This document shows positions 1 to 13,919 of a stretch of DNA of 64,000 nt, in pieces. Every line of letters starts with the position of its first letter. Position 1 is the stretch's first letter. Below the pieces are notes generated by a model. The model worked only from the letters and a program-made list of their open reading frames with translations, was not told the origin of the DNA and searched no databases. The stretch spans positions 8,558,001 through 8,622,000 of the forward strand of contig NW_024704742.1 of assembly GCF_018977255.1 (NCBI RefSeq). Reading direction: 5' to 3'. The position numbers were made by a program, and so were the translations under genes. This stretch comes from Callorhinchus milii (lineage: Eukaryota).

Positions 1-500
1 TGAGTGTATTTGACCCAGTTTTCACTGAGGAGAGGGGTACACACACATGAGAGCTGAAAGGGGAATGAGGAACAGCTGCTTGGCATAAAGATCAAAAACG
101 AGATGTACTAAAAAAATGATAGAGAATATTGAGAATTTTGAGAAATCACAGGATTTATCACAGCTTGTAGAGCAAAACCAGCGAGGAGATGGTGCAGGCT
201 GTTGGTGATTTAAAAATGTCTTCAGTTTGGCAGAGGATTGGAGGGTGGGAGAGGATTGGAGGGTGGGAGAGGATTGGAGAGGCCACTACAGGCCTGTGAT
301 CCTGATGCCAGTTGTGGGTAGCAGATAGTAATAAGGGACCAGGTTACCGAGTACTTAGAAGGACATGAGTCAATTAGGGAAAATTAGCATGGATTTGTGA
401 AAGGCAGATCGTGTTTGACCAATTTACTGCAATATACTTTTGAAGTAATAACTGCAAATGTAGAGAAAGGCAATGCTATGGATGTTGTATATTTGGGTTT
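1..500 (+). mobile_element. CR1 LINE RT fragment
   Basis: GFVKGRSCLTNLL..FE..T..VEKGNAMDVVYL. Confidence 0.8.
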
Positions 501-2420
501 CCATCTGCAGTCTCACAATCCTCTACACCTCCCAGCTTGGTATCACCCGCAAACTTTGATACCATCCCCTCTATGTCTAAATCAAGGTCATTAATATATA
601 GGGAACAAAGGAGAAGTCTAGTACAGATCCCTGTGGCATGCAATTAATTAACTGCTGCCAAACGGGAAATATCCTTTTATCCCCCCTCTCTGCTTCCTGT
701 CCTTTAACCACCTTTCCGTCTCAAACCACCACATTTCCCTCTATACGCTCTGAGTTTCTCCACCAGTCTCCCGTGTGGCACCTTATCCAATGCCCTCAAA
801 ATATACAGTCAATTCACTATAATTAAAACAGCTTTAACCAGATGGCTTTGCTCTCCTCTCTATGTCTGTTGCCCTTACAGCCAGAATGATTTCACTCCCG
901 CTGTCCTGGCCGATAATCCCCCGGATAAACCTGGTTGTTCAACTCATGGCTGTCTGTGGGACATTGCTGTGTAGCTATCATGTTTGTCTGCACATAGTCA
1001 TTACACTTTACAGAAAACCTCTGGGAAGTGCTTTGAGATATTTTTACATGATGAGGAGCTGTATCAAAACAGGAATCATTTTTATAAACTGCTGCAATCC
1101 AAATCAGAAAACTCAATAATCCGCCCTGTGCTGCAGGAACTAAACATGTTAATGTGTGGATAACCGCACAATGAAGACACAGCAGTGCAATAGTCAAGCC
1201 TCACATTCACTGGAGTATCAGCAATCCCATTTTCACTCATTCTCTGAGAGAGACAAAACCCTCACTCACTCTCTGTGATATAGAGATACGCTGACTCACT
1301 CTTTGTGATAGAGAGAAACAGCACTTAAACATTTTAACACTTTAATGTGTGGATAATCCCACAATGAAGACACAACAGTGCAAAAGTCCAGCCTTGAGCA
1401 CCCAAATAAGACAGACATGAAGACCCGGATAATGGCTGAGACAGCAAAGTAAACCAGAGTCACAAGCCAATGTCTGCAACTGAACACAAAGGTGTGTGAC
1501 AGGTTGTGGTTGGGAACAGTTAGGCTGAGTTCATACAGACAGGTTCAGACAAAAGTCCTTCAGGCAATCTGATCTATTCCCAGATTTCCTGCCACACATC
1601 CAGTCTGAAACTTTCAATCTCACCTCAAATCTTCTTCCTTCGGTCATTTTAACTTTGTCCTCACTTTGCTGGTATGAAGCAGCAACATTAAATGTTCCGT
1701 TTACGCACCAGGTATTATATATGGATTGATGGTCACTGGCTGGGTCACTGGATAACTGACTGGCAGGTTTACAATGAGACGATTCTAAGTGAAGTTTCAA
1801 TAAGTTCAAGAAGTCAATATTCAGCAAAAATATAACTCACCACTCCTTTCTTTGTCACTGTAACCAACAAGGGTTGGCTGCAGCAATGAACATGTGACTC
1901 CATAAAGATTTATAACTGAAGCAAAGTTGATAATGAAACATGAAAGGCATCACTTAGGTCACCAGCTCAAAGGTGAGAATTGAAATGGAAGTAGCTGACT
2001 AGCAACTTGTGCTTGATCCAGGAAATACTGAGAGTGAAAGATGATCACTGCACATATATAGCATGCTTTGGAGGCTCATGTTTGATCAGAAAGGAATATG
2101 CTGGCTTCTGTTCTTGTGAGGAATGTGTGGGACAGTTTGTATCTTTGTATTAGATGACAGAACTCCATAAGGATAAGGGAAATCCACCCTCATTGCGTTC
2201 ATTAACTTCCTTTCAACCTAGTGCCTCATGAACCCGTCATGATTAAACATGGAAATAATGGCCAAATCCTGGATAGGCTCACTGAATCCACTTTTGACCC
2301 ATACTTTTTACCCAGAATGTGCATTCCAGCTCAGAGATACAGGTATGGGTCAAAAGTGGATTCAGTGAGCCTATCCCTTTTGAAAGGGGTGGAAGGCAAG
2401 GCTACCCATTGTAGCCCACT
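1..2420 (+). repeat. Old direct duplication, copy A (copy B ~4168-7420)
   Basis: Collinear matches: 1-290 with 4168-4420, 860-2050 with 5724-6850, and 2070-2420 with 7105-7420. Confidence 0.85.
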
Positions 2421-2740
2421 CTCAGCCAGGAATGTTAAGCTTCCATTCATGCTCCTGTTTGAGCCAGATCTCCATTATTGCCACTACATCATAACCCCTT
2501 GGGACAACTTGCGCCTGCAGCTCACCGACCTTATTTGTCACACTCCGTGCATTTACAGACATGCAGTCCAAAAATCCCTTAGCCTGCTTTATTTTTCTCC
2601 CCTGTCTGATCCCTCCTATTTCTGAGATACTCTTTAGTCCCAATGCTGTTTGTCTGGTCCAGTCCTTTGTGAATCTTGTTTCTCCTTTCTGATGTTACAT
2701 CCTGGTTCCCCTCCCACTGCCAAATTAGTCTAAACCAGTT
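2420..2740 (-). mobile_element. CR1 LINE endonuclease N-terminal fragment
   Basis: NARSVTNKVGELQAQ..YDVVAIMEIWL..WKLNIPG; matches 45490-45660. Confidence 0.8.
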
Positions 2741-2819
2741 CAGCTACAAGGAGACACTGCTTACCTCCCCCTGAGTAGGATAGTACCAGGGGAGGGGTGT
2801 TATAAATGCAAGTTATTGA

Positions 2820-3700
2820 TAGTCACAAGTTGGTCATTCGACATCCGACAAGTGTGTGTTTGAGCTTCACTAGGTGGATAGTAGGTACCAGGTACTCCTT
2901 ATGAGCTTCGTGGAGGGCAACACAGCTCAGCATGAAATGTGTGAGAGCTTTGCCACCATCTTCCTGCCCACAGCTCGGGCCATGTCCCTTCCCACTGAGA
3001 GATGGTCCCACCAGTTGGAGGTGTGTAGTTTAAGCAGCAGCTGCCGGTCTCTCTGCAGCCAATTGGGGTGGGGTCCAGGCGCTGGAGATATGAACATGTG
3101 TCACGAACAGTAACACCTTCCAGCAGCTGTCGCCCTAAGCCTCAGAGTTTCCTCATCAGCTATTGGGTATCTGTCTTGAGTGTGGTGGGAGGACCTTTAC
3201 AGGACAGCTTGTGACGTACCTGCCTGATATTTTTAAGGTCCAAGTCTGATGCCACCTACCAGGCTTACTCAGCAACAGCTGCTTAATCCAGATCCTCGTG
3301 TGAGGGGTCTTGCAAATACACGTGCCTGCTGAGAAGCCTCCCGCATCCAGAGTAATTAGTCACAAGTCAGTGTAGGTTGGAGCCCCCCCTCCCTGTAGCT
3401 GCTTCCTATGTTTGCCACAAATGCACCTCATTGCTTGTTCCTGGACTTTGCAAATGAGTCGGAGGAAGCTCAGGTCCAGGAGGATTGTTTGCACACAAGT
3501 CTTGACCTGCATTGGGACCTTGGCTATCCTTGAAGAGGGATGAACATGTCCAGAGTGCCCTTCGCTACTTCTCAGTGCATTCCATCAGGACAATGTCCAG
3601 GCTCAAGTTGGTGTCCACCACGACCCTGAAGTACTGATAAGAATCAATGTATCTTGCAATCAATTTCCTCAATGTCTTCTCTTGTGCTGTGCAGAATTAT
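2820..3700 (-). mobile_element. Decayed Tx1/L1-like LINE ORF1 region
   Basis: Similar to 7420-8600, with Cys/His-rich knuckle-like remnants. Family assignment is inferred. Confidence 0.4.
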
Positions 3701-4469
3701 GATTCTGTACTTGGGGGCACCCACCACCATGTTCCACCAGTTGGCCCAGTGTTCATGATGGCAGGTGTAGTGCAGAAGGTCCCCAGGTAAATCCGCCAGC
3801 AGCACAATATCATCATTATCATCAAATCCCCTGAGCTGCAGCCAAGCCCAGTGCCCTGTGGACTCTCAGAGATTGAAGTCTCGGAATTATCTTTGTTTCT
3901 GCTCAGCCTCATATTTATTACCTTCATTTATTTCCCCACCTTTGTCCTGTCCCATCTTCTTTACATTTAAATTACAATCATATACCTTAGAACTAATGCT
4001 ACTGTGTACAATAATAATCCTCTATCATCAACATATATTATATATATTAAAGGAAGGATTTTTAAAGATATTTATAAACATGCTAGAAGTAAAAGGAAAT
4101 TTCAGGAGGGGGCTGAGCCATCGAGTGACAAATAGGTGGTGGATAAGGTGGCGATGTCAGAGCTGTCTGAGTGTTTTTGTCTCTGTTTTCACTTAGGAGT
4201 GGGGTACTCCCACAATAGAGAATAAACAGGGAAATGAGGAACAGCTACTTGGGATAAAGATCAAGAAAGAAACTACTAAAAAAAAGTATAGGAATTAAAT
4301 ATTGAGAAATCACAGGATTCATCATCACTTGTAGAGCAAAACCAGAGGGGAGATGGTGCAGACTGTTAGTGGTTTACAAATGTCTTCAGTCTGGTTGGGT
4401 GGCAGAGGATTACAGGGTAGCAATAACCTCAGTCACTCTCTGTAAGAGAGAGAAACCCTCACTCTTTGT

Positions 4470-4850
4470 GATGATAATAATAATCCTTGCATTTGATATA
4501 ATGCCTTATCACATCTCTGAGACGTCTCAAAGAGCTTCACAGAATACACTGCAAAGTGAATTGCCTGTATATTTTGTGGGTGAAACACGGCAGCCAATTG
4601 AGCACAGCAGTGTCCCACAAACAGTTGTAGAATGAGAAACCAAATTCTTATTATATGTATTTTTTTTGAGAGATTACTATCCCCGGAAAAGCAAACCACC
4701 AATCAACTAACAATTAGGTTCCTACTTACTGTTCGGTAAACAGAGGCGCGTGGAGTAAGGAAACTTGCCCAACATTTTGCCCTGTCCGGAATCAACCCCA
4801 GGTCTTCTCACTTGCAAGGGGTGTGGTCTAACCACTAAGCTATAGGATTC
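4470..4850 (-). mobile_element. tRNA-derived SINE with Deu-like core and L2-type tail
   Basis: Reverse complement has an A/B-box head, gtttgtgggacactgctgtg core and gcatt/gctatatcaaatgcaaggattatt tail. Confidence 0.85.
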
Positions 4851-4860
4851 CAAGCAACAA

Positions 4861-5292
4861 GAAACTCTCACTCACTGTCTGTGATAGAGAGAGAGACCCT
4901 CATTCACTGTCTGTGATAGAGAGAGAAAGAACCTCACTCACTGTCTGTGATAGAGAGAGAAAGACCCTCACTCACTGTCTGTAATAGAGTGAGAAAGACC
5001 CTCACTCACTGTCTGTGATAGAGAGAGAGACACTCACTCACTGTCTGTGATAGAGAGAGAGAAAGCCTCACTTATTGTCTACGATAGAGAGAGAAAGACC
5101 CTCACTCACTCTGTGATAGAGAAAGACCCTCACTCACTCTGTGATAGAGAGAGAAAGACCCTCGCTCACTGTCTGTGATAGAGTAAGAGAGACCCTCACT
5201 CACTGTCTGTGTTAGAGAGAGAGAGACCCTCACTCACTGTCTGTGATAGAGAGAGAGAAAGCCTCACTTACTGTCTGTGATGGAGAGAAACC
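4861..5292. repeat. ~30-bp minisatellite (ccctcactcactgtctgtgatagagagagaaaga)
   Basis: About 14 tandem units visible. Confidence 0.95.
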
Positions 5293-7419
5293 GTCACACA
5301 CATCATTTTGCAGTACGGATTTTCTATGATCTTGTTTATATAATTGAAACTTGGCTTTAACCAAATGGCCACATTGATCTGTTTGCTCCCACCGCTCAGT
5401 AGACTCTGGCCTGCTCCACATCCCCCACCCGGCCAGGCCCGCCTCATCCGCCTCAATCTCTCTGCCTCCACCCTTTGGAACTCTATCCCACAGTCCTTTC
5501 ACTTCGCTTCCTCCTTTGCCTCCTTCAAGGCCCTTCTCAAGACCCTCCTCTTTGACCATGATTTCAGTCACTCTCCTACCCTCCCTGCCCTCCACCCCAC
5601 CTAACTTGGATCCAAATCTCTGACTGTCCAGCTCCTGGGGATGTCCTCCCAAAGTGAAAACCGCTATACAATTGTAATTTGTTGTTTTGTAACAATTGTA
5701 ATTTGTTGTTGTTTGCACTCCACTCTATGCCGTTTGACCTTGCAGGCAGAATGATTTCACTGCTGGTGTCTTGGCCAGCAATACCCCAGATAAAACTGGT
5801 TGTTCACTTCATGGCTGTTTGTGGGACATTGCTGTGCAGCTTTCATGTTTGTGCACACATCCAGTCACTACATGTTACAGGAAACCTCTGGGAAGCGCTT
5901 TGAGATGTTTGTCGTGATGAGGTGCTGTTTCAAATCAAGAATTCGTTTTATAAACCACTGCAATCCATGTCAAAAGACTCAATTATTCACCCTTTGCTAC
6001 AGGACTTAAACATGTTAATGCTTTTATGTGTGCTTAACCGCACAATGAAGACACAACAGTGCAATAGTCAAGCATCACATTTACTGGAATATCAGCAATT
6101 CCACCTTCACTCAATCTATGAGAGTGAGAAATCCTCACTCACTTTATGTGATAGAGAGAGAAATCCTCACTCACTCTCTGAGAGAGAGAGGGAGAGAGAG
6201 AAACCTTCACTCACTATGATAGAGAGAAACAGACTTAAACATGTTAATGCTTTAATGTGCGGATGACCACACTATGAAGACACAGCAGTACAATAGTCCA
6301 GCCTTGAGCACACACAAAGACAAACACGAAGACCAAGATAGTGGCTCAGACAGCAAAGTAAACCAGAGCCAATGTCTGCAAATGAACCCAAAGGTATGGG
6401 ACAGGGTGTGGTTGGGAACAGTTAGGCTGAGTTCATAGAAACAGGTTCAGGCAAAAGCTCTTCAGACAATCTGATCTATTCCCAGATTCCCTGCCACACG
6501 GCTAGTATGAAACTTTCAATCTCACCTCAAATCTTCCTCCTTCGGTTATTGTAACTTTGCCGTCACTTTGTTGGTATGAAGCAGCAACAATAAATGTTCC
6601 ATATTCTGTATATACCAAGTATTATATGGATTGATCGTCACTGGTTGAGTCACTGGATGACTGACTGGCAGGTTTCTCGTTGGGTGGATTCTAAGTGAGT
6701 TACAATTAATTGAACAACTCAGTGTTCAGCAAATATGTAACTCACTGAAAGGCGTCACTTAGGTCACCAGCTCAAAGGTGAGAATTGAAATGAAAGGAAC
6801 TGACTAGTAACTTGTATTAGATCCAGGAAATGCTGAGAGTGAAAGATAATATGGACAGAACTACCAAGTAAAGGGTAGAGTGCTAATCTCTCTAAACTCT
6901 CCTCATAGCTAGACCTCGTATCTCTGGTATCAGCCTGGTCTACATGATTCTCTCTGAGGTACACACACACAGTGTACCAATTGTGGTGTCTATCCACAAG
7001 AACCGTGATCCTAGTGAGCCCGAGAACTACAGAGGGTTCTCACCGATTTCAGTGGCTCTTAAAGTGGTGCTTTTGGTAATCACTGCACGGTTATGGCAAG
7101 CTTTAGAGGCTCATGTTTGATCAGGAAGGAATAGGTTGGCTTCTGTTCTTGTAAGGTTTGTTTGGGACATTTTGTAGCTTTGTATAAGATGACAGTACTC
7201 TGTAAGGATAAAGGAAACCCAGCCCCGTTGTTCAACAACTTCTTTTCGACATAGTGCCACATGAAACCCTTGTAATTAAACATTGAAATAATGGCCAAAT
7301 TCTGAATTTTACCCAGAATGTGCATTCCAGCTCAGAGATACATGTATGGGTCAAAGTGGACTCAATGAGCCCATCCCTCTTGAAAGGGGTGAAAGGCAAT
7401 GCTGCCCATTGTAGCCCAT

Positions 7420-8600
7420 CCTATTGGATGGAACATCGAGGAAGAACTTTGTTTGTCTGCTCCAGACCTCTCGGACAGGATTTTGGCTTCTGTTTGTGAT
7501 GATATTGTGTTGCAGGCAAACTCACCTGGGGATATTTCGTGCTGCACCTGCATGGTCAATCTTGCAGCAAATAAGACCTGTGTGTAAACAATTCCCCTTT
7601 ATCAATCTGAGCTCCTGCATATGCAGTGGAGAGGCTTCCTCTGCCCAATTATGAATTCCAGGACAAACAGTGAGGTAGATTTGTGGCAAACATGGGAAGT
7701 GGCTGCAGGGATGGAGGGCTCTGTCCTACACTGCCCTGTGACTAAGCACCAGGAGGTGGAGTTGGCTTCACAGAGGACATGTCTATTTGCCAAAGCCCCT
7801 CATAAGAGGATTAAGCAGCTGGTGCTGAGTAACCTTGGTAACAGCATTGGATTTCATTGTGGTTTGCATGTCACAAGCTGTTCTGTAAAGGTGCTCCCAC
7901 CACACTGAAGGCAGGTGCCCGCCAGATAGCTGATCAGGAAACTGTGAGGCTTGGGGCGACAGCTGCTGGAAGGTGTTACCAAGTTTGTGAACAACTGTTC
8001 GTACATCCAGCACCAGGAATCCACCTTCATTGGTTTGCAAGAGGTAAGCAGCTGCTGCTCAAGCTCCTCACCTCCAACTGGTGGAACCATTGCTCAATGA
8101 GTCTCAGTGGCTAAACTGGCTCCAAGGTGACATGTTTGGCAAATACATGTCAGAATCGAGTCTCTGTGACAGTCTCTGGTGTGGTTCGTGAGAGGGGCGG
8201 GTCCTCAGTACTGGCTCATCTGCACTTGTAAGAGCAGACCAGTCAGGGACTTGTGAACGAAAACTCTAATGGCTACAGTGGTTGTAGTTGGACAAGCAGT
8301 GGGAAAGCTTGCCATGCATTGATCTCAATTGGCAAACTATGCGGTTTTAGCTGGTTAGACACAAGCAGTTACCTAAACCACACTCTGGTGTCCCAAGCTT
8401 TGGCCTTGCTAATCTGTGTATAATAAATTCCAGAAATAGGTAAACAGGATGCATTCCTCCAGGGAGAGAGTGTGTATTCCATTCCAATTAACAGGAACTT
8501 CCATGTATGGAACTCTCAGTTGGCTTGAGAGTATCTAAGCCAAGGGAATCCGTGAGTATTGGAAGTTCTTAATGCTCCCTTCGCTGGTCTTTCCTTGCTC
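7420..8600 (-). mobile_element. Decayed Tx1/L1-like LINE 5' region
   Basis: Shares blocks with 14250-14810, 19500-19780 (opposite strand) and 32960-33510. Confidence 0.5.
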
Positions 8601-9274
8601 CAAAACCAGTGAACTTCAACTCAGCCAAATCTGCATTGACTGGTCTGCATTGCCTGGCTCAGAAACTGCAGAGGCTGTCACAGAGACTTAATATTGACAT
8701 GCAGTTGCAAAACATATCACCTTGGAGCCAGTTTATCCACTGAGACTCATTAAGCGATGGTTCCCAAATACTCACCTACACTAAACTCCGTATCCCCATC
8801 GCACCAGTTCTAGCTAAGCTCCACTGCCTCCCTACCACCCAACGGATCGATTTCAATATCCTTACACTTCAAATACCGTCATGCCCTGGCACCTCCCTCC
8901 ATCTCTAACCTCCTTACTCTCCAACCCACTACCCGCTGTCTTCCTTTGACTGGCTCTGGACTCCTGCTTGAACCTCGTGCTCACCGATCCAAAATCAGTA
9001 GCCGTATTTCAGCCACTACTACGGACATCTCCGCCCGACTCCACTGTCAAGCGCTCTGGGTTGCTGTCATGTGAGAGGTGCTTTGTGAAAATGTGTTCTT
9101 TAAAGTAACAACTGGAGACCATACAAAGCGAGTTTATCACAAAACTTCTCAACCTTCATTGGTTACAGTCGGGAAGCAAGTCACGTCATCCAGCACTGTG
9201 AGAGCCACAGCAACAAGCGAAGGCAGCAGCCGAGTTATAAGAGGTTCACAGAATCACATCATGGGTTCAGATAT

Positions 9275-9566
9275 AATATAATAATAATAATCCTTGTATT
9301 TGATAAGCGCCTTATCAAGTCTTCGAGACGTGTTGAAATGCTTCACAGAATATACTGCGAATTGACTGTGTATTTTGTGGGCGAAACGTGGCGGCCAATT
9401 GTGAATAGCAGTGTCTCACACAGTCGTGGATTGAGTGAACAAATTATTATTGTTTTTTTTCTTGAGGGATTATTATCAGGCCTGTGGAGTAAGGAAACTT
9501 GCCCAAGATTTCACTCTGGTGGGAAATGAACCTACGTCTCTCTAACCACTAAGCTACAGGATTCCA
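9275..9566 (-). mobile_element. tRNA-derived SINE
   Basis: Same head, core and tail as the other copies. Confidence 0.85.
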
Positions 9567-11574
9567 CAGATGAAGAAGACCCTTCAAACCCATCTGATCT
9601 CATCCCTCCAGGAAAACAATCCACTGTCATCACAGCACAGAGGTGCTTTTAAATTGGTCCAGTGTCCTGGCCCCAATCAGCCACCCTGGCAATCTGTTCC
9701 AGTCGTTAATTACCCTCTGTATAAAGAAAAACTTCCTGGTGTTTGTACTGAAATTCTCCTTCACATAACTGAACCTGTGTCCTCTTGTTGTACTGTCAAA
9801 TACATCTTAAAATATCAATCTGAGTTTACATTTTCAATCCTCCATGAGATTCCCTCGGAGTTGTCTTATTTTAAGGTGAAAGAACCCCGGCTTGTTGAAT
9901 TGTTGCTCATAACCTGGGTGAAGATTGCTCTGCCCCTGGCCTCTGTGTGCACTGCTGCCAACTGTTTGCTTGGCCTTGCTCTTTGGTACCTCTGTGTGTA
10001 CACGGCTCCAGAGGGGACTTTGCTCGCTGGAGAGTGACCATGACCACCACCCACACTGCTGATATTGTCTGTTGTCGTGCTGTCTGTCAGTGTGCGTGTC
10101 TTCCCCACCGTCTGTAATGTGTGTGTGTGTGTATCACTCTCTCTGTCTGTGTGTCATTCTGGGTGTTATGTGCGGTGGCTTGCCCGAGAGGCAGGAGCTG
10201 GTGACTTTCTGAAATATCGCAGTCAGGTCACTGGCGAGCTTGGTGAGCAATGCTGGTGCTCGGCATATCTCCAGGTCTTTGAATGTAGTGCTATCATTCA
10301 AGGATATGCACTCCACCTTTCTAAGCCAGTCCGGAACTTCGGCATCTAGTTTGACACTCAAATATCCTTTCTATCCCACATTTGTGGCATGACCCACTCT
10401 GCCTTCCGCCTCCTTTACTCCTTCAAGACCCGTCTCAAGACCCTCCTCTTTGACCGTGCCTTTGTTTACCCATCTTTCCCCCCTTCCGTTCACCCTCCCC
10501 AGTTCGGGTCCGATACATTGATTGTTCAGTGCCTTGGGATGTCCTCCCAACATGAAAGGCATTGTACAAATTTCAAAAGTTCCAAATTGTCCAGTCTTTC
10601 CTGTTTGTATCCATTCATCCCTGAGAACATACTCATAAACTTATTACGTCCAAGTAAAATTATAGTGCAATAGGAAAGTGAATCAATTGGGCAGCCCAGG
10701 CCTCTCCACTGTGCAATGTGGGGAGGGGCAGAGGAACCCGAAGCAGGTTTCAATGATGGAAAATCAACATGCACAATGGGTTTGGCTGCTTTGTGTGGTT
10801 CTGGTTGGCTTTGGCACCAACTAATCAATTGTGACAAGAGCGGATGCGAAATACAGCAACTCCTATCAGAGCATCACCTGGTAGCAAAGTTGCAGAAGTG
10901 ACTTATCACCACATTAGAAAGAACGTTTGATTGTCCAACCATTTCCCAACACGTCGTCCTCATTACTCCTCCCTCCATCTGCTTCTCACATGTTCCCTTT
11001 CCTACTAACTGAATCTGCTGCACTGAAGGTCGTTCAATCTGTTGGATTTATGGGGTAATGTATGGTGATGGATTTCTGTGCGTCAGACGTCTGGCTGAAA
11101 AAAACAAAAAATTCACCAATCTACTTTGTACATTTATAATCCCAGAACTTGTCATTATTGGATCCCTGTGTGACCTTCTCTGTTACAGCTTATGAAGACA
11201 TTTATAATATTATTCATTTAGATATTGTGACATATCACACTAAAACATCTGAAAGTATCCACAAGAAGCTATTTTAACTGTAGTGAATATTATGTAAGGA
11301 AATACAGCATCAAATCTACAGAAGCACCATCCCACATAGTGATGTGACGAGTTGTCAATCAGAATTGTGATCTTGTTGGGATTACACTGGCACACCTCTG
11401 GGAGAGATCCAGGATGACAGGACACTATTTTATTCACCACCACCATCTTTACGTATCTATTACTACACATGCACACAGAAATTCGACTGTTGATGCAATC
11501 TTCATAAACACTGCATTCAGAATCTGGGTTACTCTGGCTGCCTGATGCTATGGTGGAGGCACGGGAGAGTAGGT

Positions 11575-12185
11575 GTTCTGTAGGGTGTTAATGGATTTTT
11601 TGTTCCCATGTGAAGTACTTTACATTTCTCCACATTGAATTTCATTCGCCACCAATTTGCCCAATTCACAAGTGTGTTCAAACCCTCCTGTAACCTATCT
11701 CGTTCAGCTTCGCAATCTATCACCTTCATTAGTTTGGTGTCATCTACAAACTTAGCCACTGTGTTTGTGACTCCTAGTTCCAGATCATTTATAAAAACAT
11801 TGAACAAAAGAGACGCTTGTGAAACTCCACTGGTAATATTTTCGCAGTCTGATGATATTCCCTGTACCGCCACCCTCTGGGTTATTCCAGCCAACCAATT
11901 GTGTATCCATTGTAATATACCTCCACTGATTCCTGTTTTCTTTACTTTCAGTGCCAGCCTCTCAAGGGGAACTGTGTCAAAGGCCTTATTGAAATCCAGA
12001 TATGCAACATGCACAGCCTTACCCTTACCAAGCTCCCTTGTCACACCATCAAAGAAAACCAGTACATTAGATTGGCAAGACCTTCCCTTCATGAACCCAT
12101 ATTGGCTATCATTTATGATTTTATCTCTGTCCAGATTCTCCATGATTTTATCGTTAATAAGAGTCTCCATAACTTTTAACCACAA
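11575..12185 (-). mobile_element. CR1 LINE RT fragment
   Basis: SQYGFMKGRSCQSN..AYLDFNKAFDTV..KFVDDTKL..MKFNVEKCKVLH. Confidence 0.9.
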
Positions 12186-13919
12186 TGGATGTCATTACCA
12201 TGCTCCTAATTACTATGCCCCATTTAATATGCCCCCAGATTGGTGTCCTATGCAATTTTGATCCCACACCTCTTGTACCTCCATCCACATCATTTACGTG
12301 TAAGGCAATTCATAGCGGCCCTTACACAGATCCCTGCTGAACACCAATCCCTAACTCTCACCAGCTTGAGAAGATATCTTTATCTCCTACCCTTTGCTTT
12401 CGCTTTCCGAACTGCTCTTCAATACATTCTGCTACCTCTTCCATGATTCCACATGACCCTATTTTAGCATGAGCTTCTCATGTGGCACTTTATCAAAGCT
12501 CTTCTGAAAATCCAGGTACGCTACATCAACTGCATTTCCTGCCAACTTTATTGGTTACATTTTCAAAGAATTTGATATGTTGGTCAAACGTAACCTTAAA
12601 TTCATGCTGGCTGCTTGCAAATGTATTCCCTTTTTCCAGATGACTAGTTATTATAATAGATTCCAATATTTTGCCCACAACGAACATTATGCTGACTGGC
12701 CTGTGGTTTCTTAGATTAGCTCTATCAACTTTTTTTCGAAATAGATATAACATTGGCCATTCTTGTCCTTCCTTAGTTCTTTGATGTATATATACTATCT
12801 CATCCGTAGTTTCTCTAAGAATCCTTAAGAATTTTTGTGGAGAGTCTTTAACAACAACAACTTGCATTTTTATAGTACCCTCCAAGCCGGGGGGCGTCTC
12901 AGAGCATTTAACAATGGCGGAGCATGAGGCTGAGGCAGGGGCAAGGGGAAGGTAATTGTAGGCATGATCGAAGAGGAAGGTCTTCAGGTTTATTAAAAAC
13001 CTGTAGCGTAATGCTCAGAGCATTCGCTTTGCAAACAAGAGGACGAAACATTGGACAACTTCCCTTAGTCCACATACATCTGTTCACCGAGCAGTAAGTA
13101 AGAACCCGGTCAGTTGATTGGCGGATTGCTTTTCCATGCTCCATGATCTTATCATAAAAATAATCCTTCCATTTGATATAGCGCTTTGAGGAGTCTCGAA
13201 GTTGTGATAAGAAAGATCTAAACCGGTGGATAATAAGTCATTTTCAGCCTTTAATAATAATATTCCTTATCACATCGTTGAGGCATCTCAAAGCTTTTCA
13301 TAAAATATACTGTAAAGTGAATTGAATTTTAAGAGAGAACTGGATAGGTATCTGGAGAAGACAGGTTTGCAGGGTTATGGGGAGAAAGCTGGTGAGTGGG
13401 GTTAATAAAAGTCAGTTGCTCTGTCAAAGAGCCGGCACAGACTCGATGGGCCGAATGGCCTCCTTCTGTGCCATAACATTCTATGAATCTATGAATCTAT
13501 GAATGTATATCTTGTAGGTGAAACGCAGCAGCGTTCAAGTACAAAGTTTATGTGAGTGAAAGGATTATTATTATTCACAGTAGCCTGAGGAATATGACTG
13601 TAATTTAAATATAAGGTATGTGGGACAGGACAAAGATGGGAAAATAAATAAGAGTGATAAATGTCAGGCTGAGCAGAAACTGAGATAATTCCTGGACTCC
13701 AATCTCTGAGAGTCCACAGGACACAGGACTAGGCTGGCACCTCAGACCATTTGAGGACAAGTCAAAGGAAGTTGTTGTAACCTTGTGTGGGACATTGGGA
13801 GGAGACATGCTGGATATTGGTCAACTTTGAGTGACACACGGCAGCCAATTGTGTACAAATAGTCATGGATGGAGTGATCACATTTTTTGATGTAAGTGAA
13901 ATGATTATTTACATAGTAG

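Larger units (their letters stand above)
4168..7420 (+). repeat. Old direct duplication, copy B, with extra SINE, minisatellite and L2 insertions
   Basis: Collinear with 1-2420. Confidence 0.85.

Noticed and set aside
1300..1473. Minus-strand exon-like segment with a hydrophobic ORF
   Set aside because: The paralogous copy near 6210-6375 has a 7-nt deletion that breaks the frame, and no product is recognisable.
4861..5292. CRISPR-like regular array
   Set aside because: Head-to-tail units without unique spacers, in eukaryotic DNA with no cas genes.
9866..10113. Minus-strand exon-like ORF (GKTRTLTDSTTTDN..)
   Set aside because: No recognisable domain, partner exons or paralog; insufficient support.
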